A stretch of 64,000 nucleotides of DNA from the human T2T-CHM13v2.0 reference genome, Homo sapiens: assembly GCF_009914755.1 (NCBI RefSeq), contig NC_060929.1; one strand, 5' to 3'. Within the stretch, counting starts at the first letter, position 1, and every line of letters begins with the position of its first letter. Shown here in pieces: positions 32,674-46,149 of this stretch. The notes below the pieces were generated by a model, which searched no databases, was not told the DNA's origin, and worked only from the letters and a program-made list of their open reading frames with translations. Position numbers and translations under genes: made by a program.

Positions 32674-34971
32674 TGATATAATTTGGCTGTGTCCCCTCCC
32701 AAATCTCATCTTGAATGTATCTCCCATAATTCCCATTGTTGTGGGAGGCACCTGATGGGAGATAATTGAATCATGGTGGTGGTTTCCCTCATACTGGTCT
32801 CATGGTAGTGAATAAGTCTCACAAGATCTGATGGTTTTCTAAGAAGAAACCCCTTTCACTTGGCTCTCACTCTCTCTTTGCCTGCTGCCATCATGTAAGA
32901 CCTGATTTGCTCCTCCTTGCCTTTTGCCATGATTGTGAGGCTTCCCCAGCCAACATGGAACTGTTAAGTCCAGTTAAACCTCTTTTGTAAATTTCCCAGT
33001 ATTGGGTATGTCTTTATCAGCGGTGTGAAAATGAACTGATACAGTAAATTGGTACCAAGAGTGAGGTGCTGCTGAAAAGATACCAGAAAATGTGGAAGTG
33101 ACTTTGGAACTGGGTAACAGGCCAAGGTAGGAAAAATTTGGAGGGCTCAGAAGAAGACAGGAAAATGTGGGAAAGTTTGAAACTTCCTACAGACTTGTTG
33201 AATGGCTTTGATCAAAATGCTGATAATGATATGGACAATGAAATCTGGTCTGAGGTGGTCTCAGTTGGAGATAAGGAACTTGTTGGGAGCTGGAGCAAAG
33301 GTGACTGTTGTTATGTTTTAGCAAAGAGATTGGCGGCATTTTGCCCTGCCCTACAGATTTATGGAATTTTCAATTTGAGAGAGATGATTTAGGGTATCTG
33401 GTGAAAGACATTTCTAAGTAGCAAATCATTCAAGAGGTAACTTGGGTGCCATTAAAGGCATTCAGTTTTATAAGAGAAGCAGAGCATAAAAGTTCAGAAA
33501 ATTTGCAGCCTGACGATGAGATAGAAAACAAATCCCATTTTCTGAGGAGAAATTCAAGCTGGCTGCCGAAATTTGCATAAGCAACAAGGAGCTGAATGTT
33601 AATCCCCAAGACAATGGGGAAAATATCTCCAGGGCATGCCAGAGAACTTTGTGGCAGCCCCTCCCATCATAGGCCCAGAGGCCTAGGAGGAAAACATGGT
33701 TTCATGGGCAGGTCCCAGGATCCTTGTGCTGTGTGCAGCCTAGGGACATGGTGCCCTGCGTCCCAGCTGCTCCAGCCATGGCTGAAAGGGGAAAATGTAG
33801 AGCTTGGGCTGTGGTTTCAGAGGGTGTGAGCCTTGGCAGCTTCCAAGTGGTGTTGAGCCTGCTGGTACACAGAAGCCAAGAATTGGGGTTTGGGAACCTC
33901 CGCCTAGGTTTCAGAGGGTGTATGAAAATGCCTGAATGTCCAGGCAAAAGTTTGCTTCAGGGGTGGGGCTCTCATGGAGAAACTCTGCTAGGGCAGTGGA
34001 GAAGGGAAATGTTGGGACAGAGCCTCCACACAGAGTTCCTACTGGGGCACAGTGGAGCTGTGAGAAGAGGGCCACCATACTCCAGACCCCAGAATGATAG
34101 ATCCACCAACAGCTTGCACTGTGCACCTGAAAAAGCTGCAGACAAAACACCAGCCCATGAAAGCAGCTGGGAGCGAAGTTGTACCTTGCAAAGCCACAGG
34201 GGTGGAGCTGCCCAAGACCATGGGGACCTATTTCTTGCATCAGTGTGACCTGTATGCGTGAAATGGAGTCAAAGGAGATCACTTTGCAACTTTAAGATTT
34301 GAGCTTGGATTTTGAGCTGGCAGGGGGCCTGTAGCCCCTTTGTTTTGGACAATTTCTCCCATTTGGAATGGCTGTATTTACCCAATGCCTGTACCCCCAT
34401 TGTATCTAAGAAATAACTAACTTGCTTTTGATTTTACAGGCTCATAGGCAGAAGGGACTTGCCTTGTCTCACATGAGACTTTGGATTGCGAACTTTTAAG
34501 TTAATGCTGAAATGAGTTAAGACTTTAGGGGACTATTGGGAAGGCATGATTGGTTTTGAAATGTGAAGACATGAGATTTGGGAAGGGCCAGGGGCAGAAT
34601 GATATAGTTTGGCTCTGTCCCCACCCAAATCTCATCTTTAATTGTATCTCCCATAATTCCCATTGTTGTGGGAGGGACCTGGTGGGAGATAATTGAATCA
34701 TGGTGGTGGTTTTCCTCATAATGTTCTCATGGTAGTGAATAAGTCTTACGAGATCTGATGGTTTTATAAGGAGAAACCCCGTTCACTTGGTTCTCACTCT
34801 CTCTCTCTGCCAGCATCCACGTAAGACATGACTTGCTCCTCCTTGCCTTTCACCATGATTGTGAGGCTTCCCCAGTCATGTGGAACTGTAAGTCCAATTA
34901 CAACTCTTTCTTTTGTAAGTTTCCCAGTCTCGAGTTGTCTTTATCAGCAGCATGAAGAATGGACGAATATA
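32674..34971 (+). mobile_element. Complete THE1 (THE1C-like) MaLR provirus: LTR 32674-33043, internal 33044-34599, LTR 34600-34971
   Basis: Two ~370-bp direct LTRs (tgatat..tttggct...tctttatcagc...), an internal region starting gtaaattggtacc and ending in a purine-rich tract, and a perfect 5-bp TSD gtgtt at 32669-32673 and 34972-34976. Confidence 0.96.
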
Positions 34972-37900
34972 GTGTTTATGTAAATATAAGGAATTTATCA
35001 AGATGACTGCAACAGGGATCCTGCCCTTAGGAATCTTATGTCTATGCCTTCAACTACATAGAAATTAGTATTTGCCATAAAAGGTACAGATACTATGGAA
35101 TTTTATGAGAGGTTGATTTTTACTTACACCAATTCCTAGTTTAGTAGGCTTCTGATGTTTCCTTTCCAAAATGATATTATTCTTAAATGTCTAAACTTCC
35201 TAGAGTCAATCTATTATGCATAAAAGGAAATAACTCATTATTTTAAAGTAATAACTCCAGATTTTTACTAAGGTGCTTCTCAATTCTTCAGTTCCACAAA
35301 ATTGTCATTAAATAGTGTTTTTAGGGGCCAAATATATATGTTATAGCTCTAGATTAGACTCTTAAACAGGCACAGTCTGTGGCCTTAATGAGCGGAAAAT
35401 CTCAGTGGGACATCAAATAATTTATGTATATACATATAAATGGTATGATGGAACTCCCTGATTATTTATAACAATGAAGTAAGAACTGACATAGACATCT
35501 TTAGAGGCTCTTCCATTACTGGGACCAATTAATTGGATTATAATAAAGGGGAGATAGAGCCAGACTCGATACCAGGGAAAATATAAGAGTTGGGATTTTG
35601 GTTAATGCAAAGGGTGGAATAGAGCTAGCTTCAAAATGCGATTCAACTGGGTACTCTGTCACTTTAAGCTAGCTCTAATGAAATAAGATGAGTAGGTTCA
35701 TGTTTGGGGGGCATGGAAGAGAAAGATCCCTTTTTTTAAAACCTAGATTGAAATGCTCTGACATACTTGTAGTATGCACAATTTTGCCATTTTATGATTA
35801 ATGATGGATTCAGAAAGGGCTTCTCTAGGTACATCTTAAGAATGCATTAAGAGAACCTAATGGGAACTGACAACCCTGAGGTATGCCAATCATCTCTCCT
35901 CATACTCTGAAGAAATAGAACTCTATGACTAGTCCAATAGGAAAACACTGATTCCGAAGAGGAAAGGGCCAGGCCAAAGGTCTTAAACTTGTCAGATTCT
36001 ATGCTTTGATACTGTTTGATGTTCACTTGGTTTTCAAATGAAAAAATTCCTTTCGAAAAAATAAGTGTTAATTCTGTTTCAGTGAACCAATGGCCTGCAG
36101 ATTGATTGATCCTCATTTCAGTCAGTGCAGTCAAGGAACACGATGGTGCTCGAGGGACAGGTAGTCATGGCAGCAGTAGCTGAAGCTTCCTTGGCTCAGA
36201 CTCTATCTAGGATCCTCGGAGGCTTCGGTAAAACTAGAAGCAAAAATGCCGGATAAATGGGCTAGGAGGTGAGGACACAGACTTTTCTTCACCTGGGTAT
36301 GTTCTTTACCAAGCAGCCAACATTCAACTGATCTGGGCTAAGAGAATGAGGAAACGCTAAAGAAGAACAAGTAAAGGTGATTAGTTCATCAGAGCATCTT
36401 TGTCAAGAACTCAAGACTGATGCACTAAGAAGGTGTGGGTGGACTCTAGGGAGCTGCTAAGGAGAAAAGCAACATGGTCAAGGTGGGGCAGAGAACTCCT
36501 CTAGGCAGCAGCATGAGCGTTTAGCATAAACCCTTTTCTCCTCACATTTGCTTAAGGCAGGGCGAGCAAATCCTGTGGACTGCTGCTGTGAATCTAGCTG
36601 AGTTGGTTTCTAACACTTCATATTGTACATGTCATTGTCAATTTGGTAAACCAGGCAGTGACTGTAACCACCATTTCAGGAGTCTCATAAAGTGAAACTG
36701 CATTATAATTTCAGCAGTGTTAAGAGAAACTGAAGTTTTCAACAAAATGAAACCCTGTAACTATAGATATCAAACTCTATGTTCCCTGAAAGTAGCTTTA
36801 CAGCATATAAAACCAACCTTCCTTTCTGCAATTAAACCAGAACAAGATAGATGTTTCTCATTCCTTGACGTAATGGCCTTGAGGCATCTTAATGGAAACA
36901 CTCTAATAAAAGTTTATCTCAAATACTGACCAATAGTTTATCTCTGGCTGCAGTGAGAATGGAGGGCAGCAGCCTTCAGCATTCAGCCCTATCGAAAAAG
37001 AAGCTTCAGTGTCAAAACGTGGCAATGAAGAAATCAGGATGAACTGTGAGAACCATGAGCACAAGAAAAACACAATTACTTCTAGCCTGAGCCGCTCACC
37101 TCACAATTTCAGAGAAGCAATATGTGATCTCTCAGCCAAAAGGTCTTCTGAAGACCTCCTGATACCATTGTCAAACCATCTATGGTGGCCAGAGATGAAT
37201 AGAATATTCTCCAATTTCTCCATTCTCTGAGAGGCATGTGAAAGAGAACAGGGCATTGCTGTACTTCTCACACTGGAGCTGAGCCATTTGAAAAGAAAAT
37301 CGCTTTTTAATCTCTAAAAGAAAGGAAAAGAAAGGGAAATCTTTGAGCAGCTATAAAGAAAATCCTAAGAAGTGTTCAGAGGGAAAAGCACTCCCAGGAA
37401 ATGCACCCACTTGCCAGCTCTTCGCATTAATATGACACCATCAGCATGGATAGAAACCTGAATTTCATTTCCCTCACAGCGTCTTCCGTTTCCCCAGGAA
37501 TCATGACGTTTACAAGCTTTGCCTCCCATAATGACTGCATTCCACAAACTTCAGGCCCAATTCACACATACATATTCTACTCTCCAAGTCTGTCCCCTCA
37601 GTGGGAGACGAGGGTTTGAATGATCCTCATTTCCTGTCAGTGCAGTCAGGGGACAAGATGGTGCTCAAGGTACGGAAACAAACAATAATCAAGACACCTT
37701 TATCTTAAAGGAAACCATGAGGTTTGGGATATGTTCCGTAGTTATTTTCATGTCCAAAATGATTGCTTAATATCTTTAGCTTTATTTACTGAAGGGGAAA
37801 GCAGACACGATGTACACTGAAATTTAGCAGCCCAAAATGAAATTCAATCACTAAATTCATTTTCTGTTGTTTATTTTTGTTTGGAAATACCATCTTCTTT

Positions 37901-37989
37901 TAGTGCTGTGATCTGACCAGAAAAGCCATCTCTGTTTAAATGACAGTCACTATTATTGGACTTTAGAAACTCACTCAGTTGTGGGTCAG

Positions 37990-38232
37990 GGCCTTGGAAT
38001 TTTGAGTAAGTCCGTGTTTGAGTTGGTCTCAGTTTGGGTCTGTTTTACAAGCTACTGGCTATGCAACCTTGGCCAACTTATGCACCTCCCTAAATCTCAG
38101 GTTTTTCAGCTCTAAAATGGCAGCTATGGCAGCTACTCTACAAGCATATTGGGAAGATAAATTCAGACAATTGTTATAAACAGTGATGCCTGATTATCTG
38201 GTAAGTGCTCCATAAATGGTAGGTGTTATTAT
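37990..38232 (+). mobile_element. MIR
   Basis: ctactggctatgcaaccttggccaacttatgcacctccctaaatctcagg...taagtgctccataaatggtag. Confidence 0.7.
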
Positions 38233-39059
38233 TAGCAGCAGTAGTATTCAGCTTCTCAGGCAAAGGATGTATAAACTAGGCAGGATAGGCTGAGACTAAA
38301 ATATTCAATGTGTCTTCTGTTTCCTTTTGTTGTGTTTCACTTTCTGGCAATGAAAAGACATTAGTGAGCCTTTCAAAAAAGAAACAGACCCAAAGTTTTT
38401 TTTTTTTTTTTTTTTTCTGCGTTCAACTGGTGCCCTCTTTGTTTGGCCATGCACACACTGTCTCAGTGAATAATAAAAATTCTATAATGTTTTCACTCGA
38501 CTTCTGCCTCTTGGCAGCCATGACCAAAATCACCCTGCAGCTGTCATTTACAACAGGGATCCCCAGCCAGTCACTTGGAGCCACCCTGCTGTGAGGGGCA
38601 GCTGCTCAAGAGTATTTCAAGCAGGAAAGTGACAGAGCCAGATGCTATCAGGAATCCCTCAATGAGTTCCAGGCATTAGAAAACAGTAAGCCTCACTCCC
38701 CAGAAGGATGGGGACTCCTGCTTCCAACCCATGCCAGGCAGCTAACCATATGATCTTTCTGAGATCTTGCTAATTACAACAGTGAAAACAATGAAAGAAA
38801 AAGGCCCAGATAGTTTACAGTTCCCAGAGCCCTCAAAATTAGGAGAAAACCACTGAAGCACAGTCATACAGTTTCAGGGAAAGGTAGTCTGTTATGATAT
38901 CCTTTAAACCTTCCTAACAGGAGTTTAGAAATTTTAAATGCAATTATATACATGATAATAATGCATAACTTGAACATATATACAATATTCTCAAATATAT
39001 AACATTCTCTCTTTAAAACACTCTGAATTCAATAACCTATTTAGGAAATCTAGGATCCT

Positions 39060-39356
39060 AGAGTTTTCCTCAAATTCTTCTTCCACTAGAATGGCCAAGA
39101 TATCCAGAAAAGCGTTTTGAGAAATGCTAGTTCTTGAACTGTCAACAGGTGTTACTCAAAAGGTATGCCTAAACTTATCTGGGTGAAATCAAATTAAATA
39201 CCATATGATCCTTTATCTCCAGACACTCAGAGCTTTTAATATGCTAATGTGCCCTGTGTATAGGATTTCCTAAATATGTTTGATCATGTAGTGTGTATGT
39301 GTGTGTGTAGCAATGGTAGGAACATGTTTTCTTTGCAGTGCACTTTAGGAAATGCA
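39060..39356. mobile_element. MER103-like hAT-Charlie fragment
   Basis: ctagttc...aacaggtgttac...cagagcttttaatatgctaatgtgc...cactttaggaaatgc. Confidence 0.5.
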
Positions 39357-39361
39357 GCCCT

Positions 39362-39482
39362 ATACTGTAAGCAGCTTTAGGGCAAGGGCAAAATTTTATT
39401 TTTCCTCATTATTGCTAGACCCTAGCACAATGCTTGTCATGGATTTGGTATTTAATAACATTTGTTGAATGAATTAATGAAT
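39362..39482 (+). mobile_element. L2 3' end
   Basis: actgtaagcagctttagggcaaggg...cctagcacaatgcttgtcat...tttgttgaatgaattaatgaa. Confidence 0.7.
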
Positions 39483-40374
39483 ACTAAGGTGATTTCTCAA
39501 ATCAACTGATAGATACTTAGGCAGCATTGGGGAGAAAATAGCTGCTGGCCAGGCCAAAATAGTGGATGCTAAGACATGTCAACTAATGGAGAGCATAATT
39601 AATCTTAGAGTAAAATTTAGAATAATTTAAAAAAAAGAACTTGATATTATGTCAGGAAACAAGAGCATAGTGAGCTACATTCTAGTAAAACAGAAATTAT
39701 TTTATTATAAGAAATTCACTAGATGAGGCTATGCAAATGAGTTGTGTAGAATATCATCTTCTATCTGCCTATACACCAGTGATAGGAATTACTAAAGGCC
39801 TATCCTGCCCCAAGGTAGGGTATCTCCTTGTTTGTCATCTCTCATTTCACCAGGAGCACACGACAGGTTCTCAGGCATGATTGTCCTGTTAATTCTTAAT
39901 GAATAGATGCTGGTGCAAGGAGAGTGAACAGCCTGGAGAAAGTACATTTCTGCACTTGAGGTTCCCTTTTATGGCCCTGACACCCACAAGGACCACACAA
40001 CACACCAGCCACTGCTGCCCCCGGCTCAGCCCTTCCCTAACCCACAGGCAGTATAAAGACCATCTGGACCACTGTTTGCAGGCTGTGTGGATGATGAGTG
40101 TCCCACCAAGTCACTGCAGATGTGATAAGGAATCCCACATGAGCTGCCAGGATACCGGTTGCCAAGCCTAGCCCCTTTCTCCCATGAAGACTTACGAGGA
40201 TGCTGGAGAGGAAAGCTGAGGACCTGTTCACACCTGGCAGGGTGGTTGATACAAGGAGATATAATATTTTCCCCATGTGATGGGAGATCATCAAACAACT
40301 GGATAGTTGACTGTGCTGGAGAGAATGTGGGGCTATAGGCACTCTCATGCATTGTTAGTAGAAGTGTGTCTTGG

Positions 40375-40560
40375 TAATAAGAAGTGATACATCAGTTTAT
40401 GTTGTCCTGGGCACTGTTTTAAGCACATTACATGCATTTACACTTTTAATACTAAGAACAACTCATGAGGTAGATACTAATCACCCTCATTTTAGAGATG
40501 TGGAAACTGAGGCACAGAAAAGGGAAGTAACTATCTCAAAGACACATGGCTAGTAAGTTG
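40375..40560 (-). mobile_element. MIR
   Basis: gggcactgttttaagcacatt...ccctcattttagagatgtggaaactgaggcacaga. Confidence 0.8.
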
Positions 40561-40569
40561 TAATATAGT

Positions 40570-41068
40570 CTCTTCAGAGGGCATTCTACAAATTTTAAAT
40601 TTTTAAATGCTCCTACCACTTCCATATAGCTAGCTTAGGGAAACACTAGCAAATATGTATAAGGAAGCATGTAAGGATGTTAATTGTAGTAAAACTGGAA
40701 ACAATCTAAATGTTTATCTATAATGGAATGACCAATTAAAAGTTACTATATTCATATAATGGAGTACCATAGAATAATTCAAAGGGATGAAATATATATG
40801 AACAAGGAATGATCTAAAAATTTTTGTTGAGTGAATAAAGCAAGTTTAAGTATGATGCACATTGTATAGTTCCATTTACATAAAGCCCAACCAAAAAAAA
40901 GTAAGATATATTATCTGCATGTGGAAAAAGATATGCCAATCTTGTTAGTGGGGCAGGAGCAGACACCAAAATTAATAGTAGTAGTCAATGGAGATATTAC
41001 CTTTCAAATTAATGTTCTGTTTATTTTTGAAAAGAATATATAAATATATTACTTGTATAATTAAAAAC
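40570..41068 (+). mobile_element. L1ME-like 3' end
   Basis: aaaactggaaacaatctaaatgtttatc...atattcatataatggagtaccatag...atatattacttgtataattaaaaa. Confidence 0.65.
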
Positions 41069-41075
41069 CCATACA

Positions 41076-41488
<413 letters not shown>

Positions 41489-41559
41489 TTAGCTTTCCAT
41501 CACCATAATTTTTGGACTTGCCTAATGTACACATAAAGGAGATCCTTCAAGTTTTATCC

Positions 41560-41668
41560 TTTCACTCATTTTCTGGAAACTTCATATTTTTATGAAGTTT
41601 TCACTCATTTTCTTAAAATCTTATATTATTTATTTTCATCACTCATTTTCTTAAAATCTTATTTATTC
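41560..41668. repeat. Three-copy ~39-bp degenerate tandem repeat
   Basis: tcactcattttct(gg/ta)aaa..tt.. recurs at ~41562, ~41601 and ~41639. Confidence 0.8.
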
Positions 41669-42449
41669 CAAGAGTAGGCTGGTTAGGAATTGTTGGTAGA
41701 CTGGTAAATTAACTACATCTTGTGTTGAAGGCAAAGGAGGTGTTATCTGCATAAAGTCAGATAATTCAGTTGCAATTTTTCAGTATACTTTTAAATCTCT
41801 GGCAGAATATCTATAATCAAGCAAGTCTCCTCTTCCATGCCAGCAGTTGCTGCATTTTAAGTGCTTTCCTAGGGATTCTATGTTGCCAAAAAATACAATT
41901 ACTTTTCAGTTACTTCAGAAAACTTTTAAACAAGCTCTAAGAAAATGTCAGAATCTGAAATAAGAATCTGCAAAAAAACTTGTTTCAATCACATCCATTT
42001 TGGCTGCGAGGTGCAAGCTTGGTGATTCCATCTTGATAGATTGTGTTTCATTTGCCTTGTAAGCACCATGTAATTTATGTCTGGAGTTGAATTCTATCAG
42101 AGGAAATCTGAGCTCTGCAGGATTTGCTGTCGGGCTTCTCTTTGTTTAAGTTACCCCGTGAAGGCCTAGGATCTGTCTTCTGGTCGAGTCTGGTGTTTCC
42201 TTGGATCAGCTGCACACATGCTATAAATACAATGAATCTCCAAACTGATCTCACATAATTACAAAGAGGCAGTGGGCATTAGAGACTTCTAACAAACTTT
42301 CAAAATTTCTGAAATGGCCGTAGACTTCTATTTTCTATGATGATTTTTAAACTAGAAGATCACTGTCTCTAACAGAGCATAGGAAGATGGACAGGAAACC
42401 ATATTATTCCCAAGGCCTTAGCTGATCTCTGGAGATGTGGAGAAAACTG

Positions 42450-42672
42450 AGACTGAGTGCCTACTGTGTGCTGCTAATGCTACTTCAAAGTATCACATAT
42501 GTTATCTTATTTAACAAACTTGTACAGTGTTGGCATTCTTCTTTCCATTTTCCAAGATGGGACACTGAGGTACTAAGAAATTTGGTCATATGACATAATA
42601 CAATGTATTATGTGTCAGAGACAGAATTTGAACCTGGATTTGTCTAAATCATAAGTCCAGACTCTTTCCACA
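42450..42672 (-). mobile_element. MIR
   Basis: actgagtgcctactgtgtgc...ccattttccaagatgggacactgagg...gaatttgaacctgg. Confidence 0.7.
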
Positions 42673-45574
42673 AAATAACCACGAAATATTATATTAATTT
42701 AGTCAGTCTGTTCACATGGTATTTGAGATAATATTGAGCTATTCTGTTCAATAGAAAGTGATCAGAATAATTTACTGACTTTCTTAATATGCACAACCCT
42801 AATTGAGGACCAGGCAAGGGGAGAAAGTATACAGGACTGTTCTTGTGCCTGTGATTTCAATATACTCATACACCTTACAATGTAGTACGCTGAATTCAGG
42901 CAGCCGCCACAGGAAACTACCTGAAGCAGAGTTACATTGGCATTGGGAAAGTGTGGCCCATTCAGGTGAAGCCCATGTTCATTTTTCATGCTGCACCACA
43001 CTGAAGTGGGATGGATTTCTTTCAGCCCCACCAGTCCTCACTATCACCTGCCGCTCCTATCAACTGTCCCTGTTTGCTCCCACTAGGACCAATTGCCCAG
43101 AGTGTGGGCTGCTTGATCTCATTATCAGAGGAAAGCAAACGGTAGTTGCAAAGGAAGAATGTGTCCTCCTTGTCCCCTTAAAGCCATGACAATCAACGGC
43201 AGGCATATTCTTCAATAACAAGCCCAAGGCCACACTGGCAGAACCTGAAGCTCTTATCAGGCCTGAGGCTGCTGCATCCTGCCAGAGAAGAGACTTGAAA
43301 CAGCTCAGAAGAAAGTGCAAAGGATGGAGTGATTCATTAACTCACTCTTTCTCAGTAGCGACTGTGGCTCTGCTCTGCCTGGAATCTGAGGGCATTCAGT
43401 TTAGCATAAAACTGAACATCCTTTTAGGAGCTTCTGGGCACTTTAACATTCCAGCCATCTTTTATTAAAGTATTTATTTATGACATTTACAACGTGCCAG
43501 GTACTGTTTTAGGTACTTAATGGATATTCACCAAGGGGAAAATAAAAACAGTGAACAACCACTAAAAGGCATTCATGAAAATAATCAAAGTAATATACAT
43601 TTGCGTTTGTGCTACAATTGTGACTATATAAGATATGTATGCACCAGGCTCAAGAATGCAATAGCAGATACGCAACGGAAAATAATTATATTGGTATCCA
43701 GAAAGACAGTCGATTTTTTTCAACTTTTCAACAATTTTCCTTGATGTTGATTTTATGTTGATTTTATAATTTAAAGAAAACAAACAAAAATAGTAGTCAA
43801 ATTAGGCTCTCCAGGTAACTTGTTTGAACTGTATGTTGTGAGGGTCTCTGATTTTTTTATGTAGTGGGGTGTAATTTTTTTTCTAATTTTAATTAGGAAC
43901 TTGGATTATCAGAGTATTGGAACTTAGTGTCATTTGGAATAACAGCTGGGCATGATTGTAGTAATAAATATATAAAGAAGAGGAAAATCTAGCTTCTAAA
44001 AGAAGCCTCTATTGAATTTTGATGTTCATTTGTTATATTGTCAAATTGTAATTTCTAATTATGGGGGGGGATAAGTGGATACTGTAGCCAAGAATTACAA
44101 AATAGGGCTATGCATTGAAGTATATTCTCATATACTCTTGTCTAACTGAATTTATTATTTGAGACATTGTTGTAGAAACCATCCCAGGTTGCCCAAAATT
44201 TATGTTAATGTATTGTTTCTGAAGAGCCTTTATGCATATGTTAGTTATGCTATTTAACCAGTCAAACATTATGTGTTATTGGCAAATAGATGATGATAAA
44301 CTACTATATTTGAGTTTTGTGCTTTCTGTCCTTTACCATCATCTTTTCATCTGTGTGAATAGCAGCGGATATAGGCTCATCCTTGAGGCTAAGTGCCATC
44401 TCATCTAGGTTGTTGGTTTTTTGTGTCATTTATTTAACAAGCAAAGATCTTGTACTGTTTTATTTATATATTTTGTATTAATGAAAGAATTAATATATTA
44501 TCACCACCAACTCATTTGACCAATTTCTCATTATGAATTTGCAACATTTCTGACTATTAAATGCCTTCAAGCATTACATAAACAATTTCCAATTGAGCAG
44601 GTCTTCAGGAACTTTTATGTAGTACCAAACATCACTTTTAATGTTTTTTAGTTAAGTGTGTAGAGGTTTTTGTGCTATCCCTGAAAACAATCTGGTGGTT
44701 CATTTTACTGCATCTAGAAAGAATTCAGTCTCATACTATGGTTAAAAAAATAAATAAAATGCACAGAATGAGAAGCATTTCCACGAGTAATTTCACACAT
44801 GCTGCTAAGTACTGCAGAGTATTGCCAAGCCTAGCCTTTAATCTCTATGGGAAGCCATACAGCTGTAAACTCTTATTTGCTGTCACATGTCTTTTGCAAG
44901 GTTATTAGAAAAGATAGGAGACCAGAAGTCCTTCCATGTTACCTTACTTTATTTTTTGACCAGGTTTTATTACATTATCCCTTTATATCTGTTGATAGCT
45001 CAACATGTGCATATTTCACCAGCCTCAGGCAAAATTATGAAGTAGGATTCATGAGGCTTTGGTGTTCTTCCCACTCTGCCTTCTGGGTCCTCGCCTGCAT
45101 TCTCTCCCCGGAAGTTTCTCACTTTCTGAACCCAGCCCCTGCTCTCTGTCCAATCTACTTATTGACAATTTTAAGGGTGTATTTTCGGCCAAATGCAGAC
45201 CAACGTGGTCCATTCATGGATCACCGTGTTTTGTCTCCCAGGTAAGAATCTCATGTGATAAAACTTGGGCTTGCTGAAGTGGTCTATCTCTTGGAGTGGG
45301 GATGCATACTTCTAGATCTTCAGCAGGCTCTAAATTTGCTTCAGCCTGTCTTCTTGCAAGACTCAATAGATGTGCTTTGGAGTATTACTGAATTCCTTTG
45401 CCTTGACTTCTGTCACTCTGGGCTAAAACTCAAACTGCCGTGCAGTTTCTCAGCTTTGATGTTCCCCTCCTAGTACTGGAAACCGTTCCTGAAATCCTTT
45501 AGAACTTGTAAGAAATAATAATTTCCACTGTTAACTATGTGAGGAGGGTAGGGTGAGTGGGGTAGGGGATGGTT

Positions 45575-45705
45575 TCAGCAGTGTGCTGAGCCTGGAGAAC
45601 TGATTGTTAAATTTTCAGGAATTTTGTGAGCCAATTCCCATCACCTTGATAGCTTACAATCAGCCACAGGTGGGAGAATTTACACCACGAACTGGCAAAC
45701 TAGCT
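45575..45705. mobile_element. MER63-like hAT-Blackjack fragment
   Basis: cagcagtgtgctg...gaactgattgttaaattttcaggaattttgtgagcca. Confidence 0.6.
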
Positions 45706-46149
45706 GTCCCCCACCTCTAGCCAGTGTAAGAAGAGCCAAGATTGGCATGAAAAGCAGTGTTACTGCTTCCTCTCCACACCATGCTCTCAGTGTGTCTAGC
45801 TGGCCTGCATCCATATTTCTCACTCTTGGACCCCTCCTTGCTTCACACGTTAAGCATTCATTAAGAATTTATTGAATGAATGAATCAGTTTGAGACAGAG
45901 GATTTTTTTTACACAGTGTGTGCTAGTTGTTCTGATCTTTGCCAAAATGTCAAAAAGTCAAGGCCTCTTCCCTCCTTGCTCCTATTTGCCTATTTAGAAG
46001 TTCCCATGGTTAATTGCCTCCTCGCCTACGACTTCTATCGTTCTTTTATTCCTGGAACTAGAGTTCACTATCCACTGTATTGCCCCCTTGCTCACTCATA
46101 TCCTATAGGATATATTCTAATAAGGTTAGGAAGAAAGAATAAAGGAATT

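Noticed and set aside
32938-32956. PRDM9 hotspot motif in the THE1 LTRs
   Set aside because: Both LTRs read cttccccag(c/t)ca, not the CCTCCCTNNCCAC core.
33138-34282. Several 60-174-aa ORFs
   Set aside because: They are fragments of the degenerate THE1 internal region.
36115-36140. tcagtgca seed resembling miR-148/152 (also at ~37637)
   Set aside because: Only the seed matches. The rest of the mature sequence differs and no pre-miRNA hairpin is evident.
41560-41668. Repeat-spacer-like (CRISPR-like) pattern
   Set aside because: The context is mammalian, there are only three AT-rich degenerate tandem units with related spacers, and there are no cas genes.
42803-43320. 128-aa and 86-aa overlapping ORFs
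   Set aside because: No recognisable domain, a non-ATG start, and no convincing paired splice sites.
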